A stretch of 64,000 nucleotides of DNA. Source: an uncultured virus (IMG/VR IMGVR_UViG_3300020179_002709). Its lineage: Duplodnaviria > Heunggongvirae > Uroviricota > Caudoviricetes. Location of the stretch: positions 1 through 64,000 of the IMG/VR virus record IMGVR_UViG_3300020179_002709. The stretch is one strand, 5' to 3'. This document shows positions 31,799 to 40,064 of the stretch, piece by piece; position 1 is the first letter of the stretch; the number at the start of each line of letters is the position of its first letter. The position numbers were made by a program, and so were the translations under genes. Below the pieces are notes generated by a model. That model did no database searches. It had not been told where the DNA came from and saw only the letters and a program-made list of their open reading frames with translations.

Positions 31799-32406
31799 GC
31801 GAACCCCTTGTAGAATATAATTTTAACATCCCTCCAACATATCAACATCCAGAAGGATTACCTTCTCACCTAGGCGGACACGAAGGGGAGACTCATGTTG
31901 ACGACGGTGCATTAAGTTATTTAATTAATAAACTCAATATCAAAACTATGTTAGATGTTGGGTGTGGCCCCGGAGGAATGATTAAGATTGCGAAAGAAAA
32001 GAACCTTGTTGTAACCGGTATTGACGGCGACGACAAGGTTGAAAGAGAGCAAGATGTTATGAGTAATATTATTATTCATGACTACTGTGCCGGTCCTTAT
32101 ATTCCAGATACTGTTTTTGATCTAGCTTGGTCCGTTGAGTTTGTAGAGCATGTAGAAAAAAAGTACATGCAAAATTTTCTTGAAACATTTAAGCACTGCA
32201 AATACGTTGCAATGACCCATGCGCTACCAAATCAACCCGGGCATCATCACGTTAATTGCATGCCTATTGAGTATTGGTGTGGTGCAATGGAAGCAATAGG
32301 ATTTATGGCTATGGTTGATGAGACTAATGAGATGCGTAAAGCATCTACAATGCGTGAAAGATATATTAGACAGCAAGGCTATGTATTTAAAAATGGACGC
32401 TTTTAA
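31795..32406 (+). CDS. Class I SAM-dependent methyltransferase
   Basis: LDVGCGPG, GIDG, WSVEFVEHV, PGHHHVNC. Confidence 0.8.
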   Translation: MSEPLVEYNFNIPPTYQHPEGLPSHLGGHEGETHVDDGALSYLINKLNIKTMLDVGCGPGGMIKIAKEKNLVVTGIDGDDKVEREQDVMSNIIIHDYCAGPYIPDTVFDLAWSVEFVEHVEKKYMQNFLETFKHCKYVAMTHALPNQPGHHHVNCMPIEYWCGAMEAIGFMAMVDETNEMRKASTMRERYIRQQGYVFKNGRF

Positions 32407-32974
32407 CGCGTATAAAACTTATATTGCACTAAAAAATCATTTTGGCTCTAAAACGTACGACTACTTTAAATATAATGGCAGAACTAGAGCTAGTGCCAAA
32501 TCCTTTGAGAAGAGAAGTGATAGGTACTTCTTCCATAAATTATCAAAGCACAACGACTGTATTAACTACCTAGCTTCTAATTTTTTAGAGGGAGATTGTT
32601 GGGTTGGAGATCTCGTCAACGAACAAGTTGCAGAAAAAACATACATGGCGTGGCGGAAGCGAATGGAAAGTCTTTCTTATATCTTCCGCAATGACTTGGA
32701 TAAGCTTGATACTGATTTTAATAATAACTTTTTGGTTGTAGACGGCCAGCATCCAAAGCTATTAAAGTTATACCTACGCAAACAAATTTGCCCAGAGACA
32801 ATTCTTATTCTTGAAGACCTTTTGAGCTTTTTTAGAGCATGGAATAGAAAAATAGATGATAAGTTAGTCTGGCCAAATGAATATCAAAAGCTTAAGAAAT
32901 ACAGACCATTCTTTACAATAGATTTAGAAAAATATAGATCTCTTGTTCTTGATAAATTCAGTGAAAGCAGTTAA
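32393..32974 (+). CDS. gp59: Helicase loader (T4 gp59-like)
   Basis: YIALKNHF...YDYFKYNG...FEKRSDRYFF; synteny with gp33 and gp32. Confidence 0.9.
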   Translation: MDAFNAYKTYIALKNHFGSKTYDYFKYNGRTRASAKSFEKRSDRYFFHKLSKHNDCINYLASNFLEGDCWVGDLVNEQVAEKTYMAWRKRMESLSYIFRNDLDKLDTDFNNNFLVVDGQHPKLLKLYLRKQICPETILILEDLLSFFRAWNRKIDDKLVWPNEYQKLKKYRPFFTIDLEKYRSLVLDKFSESS

Positions 32975-32982
32975 TATAAATA
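32975..32982 (+). promoter_or_regulatory. T4-type late promoter TATAAATA
   Basis: Exact consensus upstream of gene 32. Confidence 0.65.
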
Positions 32983-33049
32983 CTCTTATCATTATGTACA
33001 AAGTGGATAAGAAGTATACATCGCATACAACGTTAATAAGGAGAAGTAA

Positions 33050-33952
33050 ATGGACTTTAGTTCACTAAAAAAGAACCGTCAAACGGTTTTTGCAAGTCTC
33101 AGCAACGAGTTTAGTAAGCTCAATCAAACAACAAGTTCCCAAGACGACGATAGATTCTGGAAGCCCGAGGTAGATAAGGCAGGTAACGGATATGCTGTTA
33201 TTCGTTTTCTTCCGGCACCTACCGGGGAAGATGTTCCTTTTGTTAGAGTATGGGATCACGGGTTTCAAGGCCCGGGAGGCTGGTATATTGAAAAGTCTCT
33301 GACCACACTTGGACAAAAAGATCCTGTATCAGAGCACAACACCCAGCTTTGGAATTCAGGCATTGAAGCAAACAAGGAATTAGTTCGTAAACAGAAACGA
33401 AGACTTTCTTACTATAGTAACATTTATGTAGTAAAGGATACAGCACATCCTGAAAATGAAGGTAAAGTATTTTTATTTAAGTATGGTAAGAAGATTTTTG
33501 AAAAGCTTAAAGATGCAATGGAACCAAAGTACGAAGATGAAAAGCCAGTTAATCCTTTCGATCTTTGGGAAGGTGCAAACTTTAAGCTTAAAATTAGGAA
33601 CGTAGAAGGGTATCGTAACTACGATAAGTCAGAATTCGATAGTCCAAGCCCGCTCCTAGATAGTGATGAAGATTTAGAAAGAGTATGGAAGCAAGAACAC
33701 TCCTTAGTTGAGTTTACGGATCCTAAAAACTTTAAATCTTATGATGAGCTTAAGAGTAAATTAGATCGTGTCCTTGGTTTAATCAACGGGTCTCCTAAGC
33801 CACAGACTACAGCTGATAGTGAGCCATGGGATGTGGATGAACCTGTTAAAACAGCGGCTCCAATGAAAACCGCTAAAGCAAAAGCACCAGTCTCCACAGC
33901 AGACGATGATGATGAGGATATGGACTTCTTTAAAAAGTTAGCGGAAGATTAA
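33050..33952 (+). CDS. gp32: Single-stranded DNA-binding protein (T4 gp32-like)
   Basis: DDRFWKPEVDKAGNGYAVIRFLP, GANFKLKIR, acidic C-terminal tail. Confidence 0.96.
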   Translation: MDFSSLKKNRQTVFASLSNEFSKLNQTTSSQDDDRFWKPEVDKAGNGYAVIRFLPAPTGEDVPFVRVWDHGFQGPGGWYIEKSLTTLGQKDPVSEHNTQLWNSGIEANKELVRKQKRRLSYYSNIYVVKDTAHPENEGKVFLFKYGKKIFEKLKDAMEPKYEDEKPVNPFDLWEGANFKLKIRNVEGYRNYDKSEFDSPSPLLDSDEDLERVWKQEHSLVEFTDPKNFKSYDELKSKLDRVLGLINGSPKPQTTADSEPWDVDEPVKTAAPMKTAKAKAPVSTADDDDEDMDFFKKLAED

Positions 33953-35844
33953 GTATAAGATGTTGAATGCCGGGTACCAATACCTAGCGTTCCTCTAACT
34001 GCAATCGGTGAAGGGATCGGAAGCGGAGCATCCGGTCCCTTTTTACTTGATAGTTGCTTGTTGTTGCTTATTGCATTATTAATAACACTGCCTTGACCAC
34101 TTGCCATCTGAGAATCATTTCTTTCTGTGGCTGCAGCTACTTTCATTCCACTTGACGCTTGCGGTGACTCCAGTGAGGCAGCCTGAGGTGCGGCCATTAC
34201 TGGTGAAGCTGCTGGTCCTTGACTAGACGTTCCGTTACCACCATCTCCCCCACCACCTTGTCTAATTAAAGATACAATAGTAGGAGCTCTTCTTCCTACT
34301 TGAGTGTACCACTTACTATCTTCTAAACTTTTTGCAGCACCTTCCGTATCACCTTCCTTTAAATTACGAGTAAAGTTAGGCCACTTTTTAAACCAGGTCG
34401 GTCCCATATTAAAAGTAAGGTCTACTAAAGCTGCTTGCCCCTTATCGTTTAAGTTATCATAGCCAGGAATCTTTTCAGCTGCTTGTTTATGATGAACAAA
34501 GTCCTTCTCAAACATCTCCATAACTTCTTCATTACTAAACTCTCTATTATACTCTGGGGGTAGAGACTTACCATCCCCAATTAAATGTCCTACACCAACT
34601 GTCCATAACCCTAAAGAATCTTTATATGGCTTGTGCCTGATACCTTCATGATGTATAATCATTTTTTTAGTATCAGCATCACTACCGGAAGGTAATTGAA
34701 GCCCCATCTTTGATTTTGGTTTAAGCCCGGTACCTAAAGCACCGCTTGATTCTTTAAGCCCGGGGTCCTTACCTCCAGGACTAGATTTAGGCAGTTCAGA
34801 GCTTTTCTTTTCTACTTTTTGTGCAGGAGCACTTCCTGCTGGTCCAGGTTTTTCAGCAGCTGCTGCTTCCGGAGCTCCTTCTGGTTTACCTTCTTGTTTT
34901 TTAGCTTGCGCTTCCTCTTCTTCTTTAGTTCTTGCTAACGCTACTCCAGCAGCTACCGTTCCACCAGCAATTGCAATACCAGCGGCAATTTTACCAGCTT
35001 TACCCATCTTACCAAACGCAGTTTTTGCTTTTGTAATTAAAGATATAGTTGTAGTAATTCCTTCAGCTACAGATTTTAGTACTCCAGCACCAAGGTAAGT
35101 TGCCAGTCCAGCCGCTGCCGCAAGCAACGCAGTTTTAAAAGTATCCAACTCACCACTCGCTTCTCCTAAACCTTTTGAGAACCCAGTGAAAAAACCTGAA
35201 ATTTTTTCTTTAATATCTTTTGGTAAGAAAAGGTAAACAAGACCAGAAAATGCCGCAATGATAGCTGGATTTTTAAAAAAGTCACCCAATAAATCTCCAA
35301 ATGATTTTTCACTACCTGTAGCACCCGTCTGAGTTGGTCTTTCTTTTTTTACAGGTACGGCTTCAGCCTGCTGCTCTTCTAACTTATATTCTTCAACGCT
35401 CTTCTTATCAATAGCCTCTTGTAAGGCAGCAGTTACTCTTTCAAAGGACTTCACCACATCTTTAAGATTGAGAGCAATAGCACTTAAACTTTCTTTAACG
35501 TTCTTACCTTCATCTTTCTTACTATCAACAGCATTGCTAGTTGCTTTATTTTTAGCTTCTTTAACAGGTCTATCAAAAAGCATTTTAGCAACAGTACCGC
35601 TGCTAACCAAAGCTTCTAAAGCATCGTACTTTGCTTTTTCAACCTCGTCAGTACCAAGAATTTTATTAGTAGAAGCTACGGACATTGCTCGAGCATCTCT
35701 TTCAGACACAGCAGGCCCAATTATAGCTTCCTTTTCCTTACGAATCGCTGCTTCTTCTCTTGCAAGCTTGGCTTTTAATTCCTCCGGAGACATTATAAAA
35801 TCAGGTTCAGGCTTGCTTACTGATGGTTTATTTTTTCTTGCCAT
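33949..35844 (-). CDS. Tape-measure/baseplate-hub-like protein with T4-type lysozyme domain
   Basis: Helical Ala/Gly-rich region with TM-like segments; HEGIRHKPYKDSLGLWTVGVGHL has the E/D/T spacing of T4 lysozyme; DSKWYTQVGRRA. Confidence 0.75.
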   Translation of the reverse strand: MARKNKPSVSKPEPDFIMSPEELKAKLAREEAAIRKEKEAIIGPAVSERDARAMSVASTNKILGTDEVEKAKYDALEALVSSGTVAKMLFDRPVKEAKNKATSNAVDSKKDEGKNVKESLSAIALNLKDVVKSFERVTAALQEAIDKKSVEEYKLEEQQAEAVPVKKERPTQTGATGSEKSFGDLLGDFFKNPAIIAAFSGLVYLFLPKDIKEKISGFFTGFSKGLGEASGELDTFKTALLAAAAGLATYLGAGVLKSVAEGITTTISLITKAKTAFGKMGKAGKIAAGIAIAGGTVAAGVALARTKEEEEAQAKKQEGKPEGAPEAAAAEKPGPAGSAPAQKVEKKSSELPKSSPGGKDPGLKESSGALGTGLKPKSKMGLQLPSGSDADTKKMIIHHEGIRHKPYKDSLGLWTVGVGHLIGDGKSLPPEYNREFSNEEVMEMFEKDFVHHKQAAEKIPGYDNLNDKGQAALVDLTFNMGPTWFKKWPNFTRNLKEGDTEGAAKSLEDSKWYTQVGRRAPTIVSLIRQGGGGDGGNGTSSQGPAASPVMAAPQAASLESPQASSGMKVAAATERNDSQMASGQGSVINNAISNNKQLSSKKGPDAPLPIPSPIAVRGTLGIGTRHSTSYT

Positions 35845-37199
35845 TATACGCCTACTGTTGTGGAATATGAGTAACTACTATCACTACGGGCTGAAGCATG
35901 CTCAGTTTTTGTTATAGTAGTACTATTATCTATATTATTAACTATAATTGGAGCTACCGCATCTTTCTTTTCTATAATAATTTCTTCTGATGATTCTGCA
36001 ATGTTTAAAGTTTTAGGCATAGTAAAGACTGGCAACTCCAGCGTCCCATCAGCCGTTTCAGTTATCTCACTTTCTCCATCCGAAGTAGCATCTTCTGATA
36101 ATATTTCCATTGCTGGAGCCGGGACTGCTGTGGATTGGGGAGCAGAAGAAGTAGATGCTGTTTGAGTTTCTTGCTGAGGCGTTACTGCTTGATTAACAGC
36201 CGACTTATTTGATTCTTTAACTAAAGGAGGAACAGCCGACGCAATAGGAGCTTTCTCTATCGACTGGGCCTGCACCCCTTCTGTAACTGATTCTTTTTCA
36301 TCATCATCCTCTTCTTTAACTGCATCTATCTTAGGGGAAGCTCGTTCCTCTTCATCAAAAAAGCTCACTGCTTCATCATATATTTCATATAGTAAAAGCC
36401 CTATTGCTGCAAAAGTTCCTACAAATGGAATAGCAGTGAGTAGTTTTTTTCCAACGTTAGGAGCAATACGAGACGCAAATGCAAAAAGTTTTGATAGCTT
36501 ACCTTTACCTTTTAATGCTTGCTTTTCTTTTTTAAGATCATCACGCGCGCTTTTAGCATTGCGCTTTTTCTCATCTATTACCTTTTCTTCTTTAGCTTTC
36601 TTTTTCTTTTCTTTCTCTACTTCTTTTTTATCTTTATCTAACTTTCCTTTTTCATCAACTAAATCATCATTAGCAGCATCAGTTATACCAAATAAAATAG
36701 AAGTAACTCTAGAAAGCTCTTTCACTGCTTCAAGAGTTGTTCCAATTTGCTTAAAGAGTTTGTAAGCAAATACTCCAGTAAGCACAGCAGTAATACCTAT
36801 TAGGGTATTTTTAATTACACCGAGAGTTTCTTGTCCTATAAGCCCGGAAATAAAACTTGCAAGATATTCTCTTGATTCTTTATTAATAAGAAAAGGAAGT
36901 ATTAAGCCTAATTTTGCTAAATCAAAAGCTTGTTTCTTAGCTTTCGCAGCAATTTCTGGCATACGACTTTCTGGAATAGCATCAGGGGGAGGAGGAGGCT
37001 CCTCTTCACTTAAGTAATTAAGAAGAAGATCACTTAGCTCACTAGCTGATTGTTTAAGCTCAAGAGATCCTTCTTCTATATTATTTACTTCTGATTTAAT
37101 ATTAAGGAAAAAACCAACGCTTCCAAACATAGCAGATGATGCTTCATTTATAGCATCCTGCTTTTGTTTATCTCTTGCTTTTTTTCTTACTGATACCAT
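35844..37199 (-). CDS. Second tape-measure-like protein
   Basis: Helical, with TM-like segments and a Lys-rich coil; IPFVGT motif; lies directly after the gp26/gp51-like pair. Confidence 0.55.
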   Translation of the reverse strand: MVSVRKKARDKQKQDAINEASSAMFGSVGFFLNIKSEVNNIEEGSLELKQSASELSDLLLNYLSEEEPPPPPDAIPESRMPEIAAKAKKQAFDLAKLGLILPFLINKESREYLASFISGLIGQETLGVIKNTLIGITAVLTGVFAYKLFKQIGTTLEAVKELSRVTSILFGITDAANDDLVDEKGKLDKDKKEVEKEKKKKAKEEKVIDEKKRNAKSARDDLKKEKQALKGKGKLSKLFAFASRIAPNVGKKLLTAIPFVGTFAAIGLLLYEIYDEAVSFFDEEERASPKIDAVKEEDDDEKESVTEGVQAQSIEKAPIASAVPPLVKESNKSAVNQAVTPQQETQTASTSSAPQSTAVPAPAMEILSEDATSDGESEITETADGTLELPVFTMPKTLNIAESSEEIIIEKKDAVAPIIVNNIDNSTTITKTEHASARSDSSYSYSTTVGV

Positions 37200-37393
37200 T
37201 ATCGTTGTTTTCTTGCCTTAATGCGTTCTTGTTCTCTTTCCAAGTAATCACGAAGAAGTTCAACGTAGAGATCTCTCTCAAAGGGTATCATGTTTTCAAT
37301 TTCTGTAACTGACCATTTATGGTGCTGAGCCAAACTAAAAATTAAAGTATAATAATTGCTTAGGTTATTATGACTCAGCCCAACATAAAAAAA
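37199..37393 (-). CDS. gp51-like ORF with no start codon at its conserved N-terminus; probable -1 frameshift extension of gp26
   Basis: Reads FFYVGLSHNNLSNYYTLIFSLAQHHKWSVTEIENMIPFERDLYVELL...KQR*. The frame opens at the T7 run right after an in-frame TGA, and its stop overlaps the next ATG. Confidence 0.75.
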   Translation of the reverse strand, partial: FFYVGLSHNNLSNYYTLIFSLAQHHKWSVTEIENMIPFERDLYVELLRDYLEREQERIKARKQR

Positions 37394-38085
37394 TCATTTA
37401 ACGAGGAAAGCTTAATTGTTCTTTCATTACCAAGACTGTTTGTATATTTAATTTCGTGATATAATCTAGGCATTGTCTGAAAGAAATCTTGAATCTTTTT
37501 AAAAGATTTAACATCTAAATTTTGTAGAAAATCTTCTAGCTCTTCGCTAGAAGAATCACTTGCCATATAAACATTATCTCCATCATAAATTTTATCAATA
37601 CAATTTTTAAGAATATCAAAAAATAAATCTGCTTCACTGTCTGTATTACTAATTTTTTCTGACATCCCGGCATGCGGGTAAGCAAGATAAAAGCCAAGCT
37701 TATCTGTTACTTCTATTTTGTTAGTATGTGCAGGATCAAATCTTACTTCCACATCATCTAAATTTACTTCTACGTCATACTTTAATTCATCTTCTAAATC
37801 TTTATAAGTCAACTTAATAACATTGTTAACCGATCTAGCTCTTATTTTTAAAAACAAATACTCTAAGTCAAAAGTAGCAAGCTTATCAATATCTACATTA
37901 TTAGTAATAATACAATTATTAATTACTTGCTTAATAGAATTAATAATCTCATCTGAATCATTACCCTGCATTGCCATTAATAATATTTTTTCTTCTTTTA
38001 CTAAAAACGGTCTTACTACTAATTTTTCTTTGCTTGATGGTAATGTCACTTCAAAAGTCGGATGACTAATTTTAGGTAAAGCCAT
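37375..38085 (-). CDS. gp26: Baseplate hub assembly protein (gp26-like)
   Basis: MALPKI..PTFEVTLPS, RPFLVKEEKILL, FDLEYLFLKIRARSV, C-terminal LNDFF. Confidence 0.88.
   Translation of the reverse strand: MALPKISHPTFEVTLPSSKEKLVVRPFLVKEEKILLMAMQGNDSDEIINSIKQVINNCIITNNVDIDKLATFDLEYLFLKIRARSVNNVIKLTYKDLEDELKYDVEVNLDDVEVRFDPAHTNKIEVTDKLGFYLAYPHAGMSEKISNTDSEADLFFDILKNCIDKIYDGDNVYMASDSSSEELEDFLQNLDVKSFKKIQDFFQTMPRLYHEIKYTNSLGNERTIKLSSLNDFFMLG
37387..37393 (-). promoter_or_regulatory. Putative -1 slippery heptamer U UUU UUU
   Basis: GAT TTT TTT ATG TTG GGC TGA at the end of gp26; X XXY YYZ in the correct phase. Confidence 0.65.
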
Positions 38086-38100
38086 TTTATATCTCCTTAA

Positions 38101-39018
38101 TTAAATAAGTCCTCCAAGAGCAATCTTAGAGTTATTTACAACGTTAATAATATCAGCAACGTTGTTTGGTTTTCTAAGTGTAGCTAACGTTTGAATAGCT
38201 GTGCCAACTTTAATTAAACTTTGAATTGCGCTCGGTGATCTTTTTTCAAGTACTTGATTAATGTTAATTCGTTCTATTTTCCAATTAAAAAATGTAAATG
38301 TGATTGGTAGTCTACTTACAGAGTCAGTATCGCCCCACCCAAGATTAACGTCACCCATAAAGACGGGATATGCCTCTCTAAATCTAACATTAAGTATATC
38401 GTTATTAGATTCGTCTACTGTGGTTACTAATATATCAGTAGAATATTGATCCTTAAAGTTAACTTCAAAAGGAGCTATAGAATAATCATGAGCATCTCCA
38501 ACCGGACCGTAAACAACCTCATCAAATTTAATAATACTATTCATCCATTCGTAGAAAAATTTCTGCACCATACCTGAAGCATCAGTTAAGAATGTCATTG
38601 TTGTATCTATAAAAATAGGAGCATATGGTTTATTTTCTACTGGACCATAACCGTATCTTCTTATGGGCGAGGTTGCAAAAGATACACCTGGAAGATTAGC
38701 TGACTCACAAAGAAATGCTAATGATCTAGCATTATCACTTTGATGTCTCATTGTGTGCGGAGGTCTTATCTCAATATAAAAATGAGCAGGTCTTGCAAAA
38801 CCTTTTAACTTAGAAGCAGTGCCAAGAAAATTATTTAAATCTCTTCTATTTTGACCCGGGGGCAACCCTCTACCTGTACCAAATAAAGAGCCTATTGCAT
38901 TTCTAAGCCCTTCAGGAACCCCAGGCAAATTGCTCACAGCATCTCCAATAGCTGCTGCCGACCCTACAGCGTCTCGAGATTTTGATATTGCGCTATTAAT
39001 CGCATTAATGGCTGTCAT
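38101..39018 (-). CDS. Tail-tube-fold baseplate protein (gp54/gp19-like)
   Basis: LCESANLPG, FFYEWM, EAYP..MGDVNLGW, LPITFTF. Confidence 0.75.
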   Translation of the reverse strand: MTAINAINSAISKSRDAVGSAAAIGDAVSNLPGVPEGLRNAIGSLFGTGRGLPPGQNRRDLNNFLGTASKLKGFARPAHFYIEIRPPHTMRHQSDNARSLAFLCESANLPGVSFATSPIRRYGYGPVENKPYAPIFIDTTMTFLTDASGMVQKFFYEWMNSIIKFDEVVYGPVGDAHDYSIAPFEVNFKDQYSTDILVTTVDESNNDILNVRFREAYPVFMGDVNLGWGDTDSVSRLPITFTFFNWKIERININQVLEKRSPSAIQSLIKVGTAIQTLATLRKPNNVADIINVVNNSKIALGGLI

Positions 39019-39620
39019 CTAACATTTCCTTTTAGTTTAGCCTGTCTAATCTGTCTTACACTATCTCTATGAACTTCTGATTCCGTTGCTTTTTTGAATC
39101 TTCTCAAAGGCAGAAAAAGAGCTTTCTCCCACTCCTCAGGAGAAATATGTAAGAATCTAGACTTAACATGATTATTTAGATAGTGTTTTAAACAAGGTTT
39201 ATAATACCTTAGTTTAGAAGTATTAGATAAAACGTTATAAGTTATTTTTAATCTCTGCATGTCCTCTTCGCCGACAACATAATCATAAAGCATGTCCATT
39301 AATTTTGCTCGAAATGCATATGGAAGATAATGCATATTAAGACCAACAAATCCCCCTCTAATTATTTTTACAATAAAAATAACAGGAAATGTATCATAAT
39401 ACGGAAGCTCTATTTTAAGTTTCGGGTCATATCTAAAGAGATATAAGTGCCCCAGTCTTACTCTATTCTCAGCAACAATAGTATTTTTTCTTATAATTTG
39501 CTGAGGGTCTACCTTTCTAGGCTCAACATCATAAGCTTTTTCCCTAAGCCAGTTTGTAGCGTTAACTACTTTACTGCTATCAATATCGTCTTTTATAAAA
39601 CTGGAAAATAAATTAGCCAT
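39015..39620 (-). CDS. gp2: DNA end protector (gp2-like)
   Basis: YDPKLK..LPYYDTFP, GLNMHYLP, CLKHYL. Confidence 0.9.
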   Translation of the reverse strand: MANLFSSFIKDDIDSSKVVNATNWLREKAYDVEPRKVDPQQIIRKNTIVAENRVRLGHLYLFRYDPKLKIELPYYDTFPVIFIVKIIRGGFVGLNMHYLPYAFRAKLMDMLYDYVVGEEDMQRLKITYNVLSNTSKLRYYKPCLKHYLNNHVKSRFLHISPEEWEKALFLPLRRFKKATESEVHRDSVRQIRQAKLKGNVR

Positions 39621-40053
39621 TAATACCAAGTTCTTTCTCAGTCATTATAATAAATTTCCATTTTTTAAGTTCACAGAACTCCTTTGCAGCTTTCCATTTT
39701 GCAGTATTAACACCGTAAGTTTTAACTTCATTTAAATATCTTCTTGTTGGTTTTGTAAGCACTTTAGGAGCTTGTACTTGTTTTAAAGGTTTTACCTCTA
39801 TTACTAAGGATTCAATAATACCCTGAGGGTTCTTTTTTCTCACAAAAAAATCTGGAAAATATCGATGGACTTTACCATCTATAGGAGATCTATAAGGAAT
39901 GCAGAATTCTTCACTAGACCATTGAATTACATCAGGATGTGAGTCTAAATGAATCATAAGCTTAAGCTCCCAACCGCTACGATAAATAACGTTACTAGGA
40001 TCACCTTTGTATTTGGCCGGGTTTTTCGGCTTAAAAAATCCCTTATAACTCAT
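39613..40053 (-). CDS. gp4: Head completion nuclease (gp4-like)
   Basis: YKGFFKPKNPAKYKGD, YRSGWE, HRYFPDF, EVKP, KWKAA. Confidence 0.92.
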   Translation of the reverse strand: MSYKGFFKPKNPAKYKGDPSNVIYRSGWELKLMIHLDSHPDVIQWSSEEFCIPYRSPIDGKVHRYFPDFFVRKKNPQGIIESLVIEVKPLKQVQAPKVLTKPTRRYLNEVKTYGVNTAKWKAAKEFCELKKWKFIIMTEKELGING

Positions 40054-40064
40054 AGAAAATATTT

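Noticed and set aside
12979..32392. Extended N-termini given by the ORF track for thyX, dCMP deaminase, resolvase, GT4, erpA, exonuclease and gp59
   Set aside because: They overlap upstream genes heavily; downstream ATGs match family N-termini and coupling patterns better.
35468..36765. Plus-strand ORFs 35468-35917 and 36436-36765
   Set aside because: Antisense to Lys/Glu-rich minus-strand genes; their Phe/Ser/Leu-rich composition is the expected mirror.
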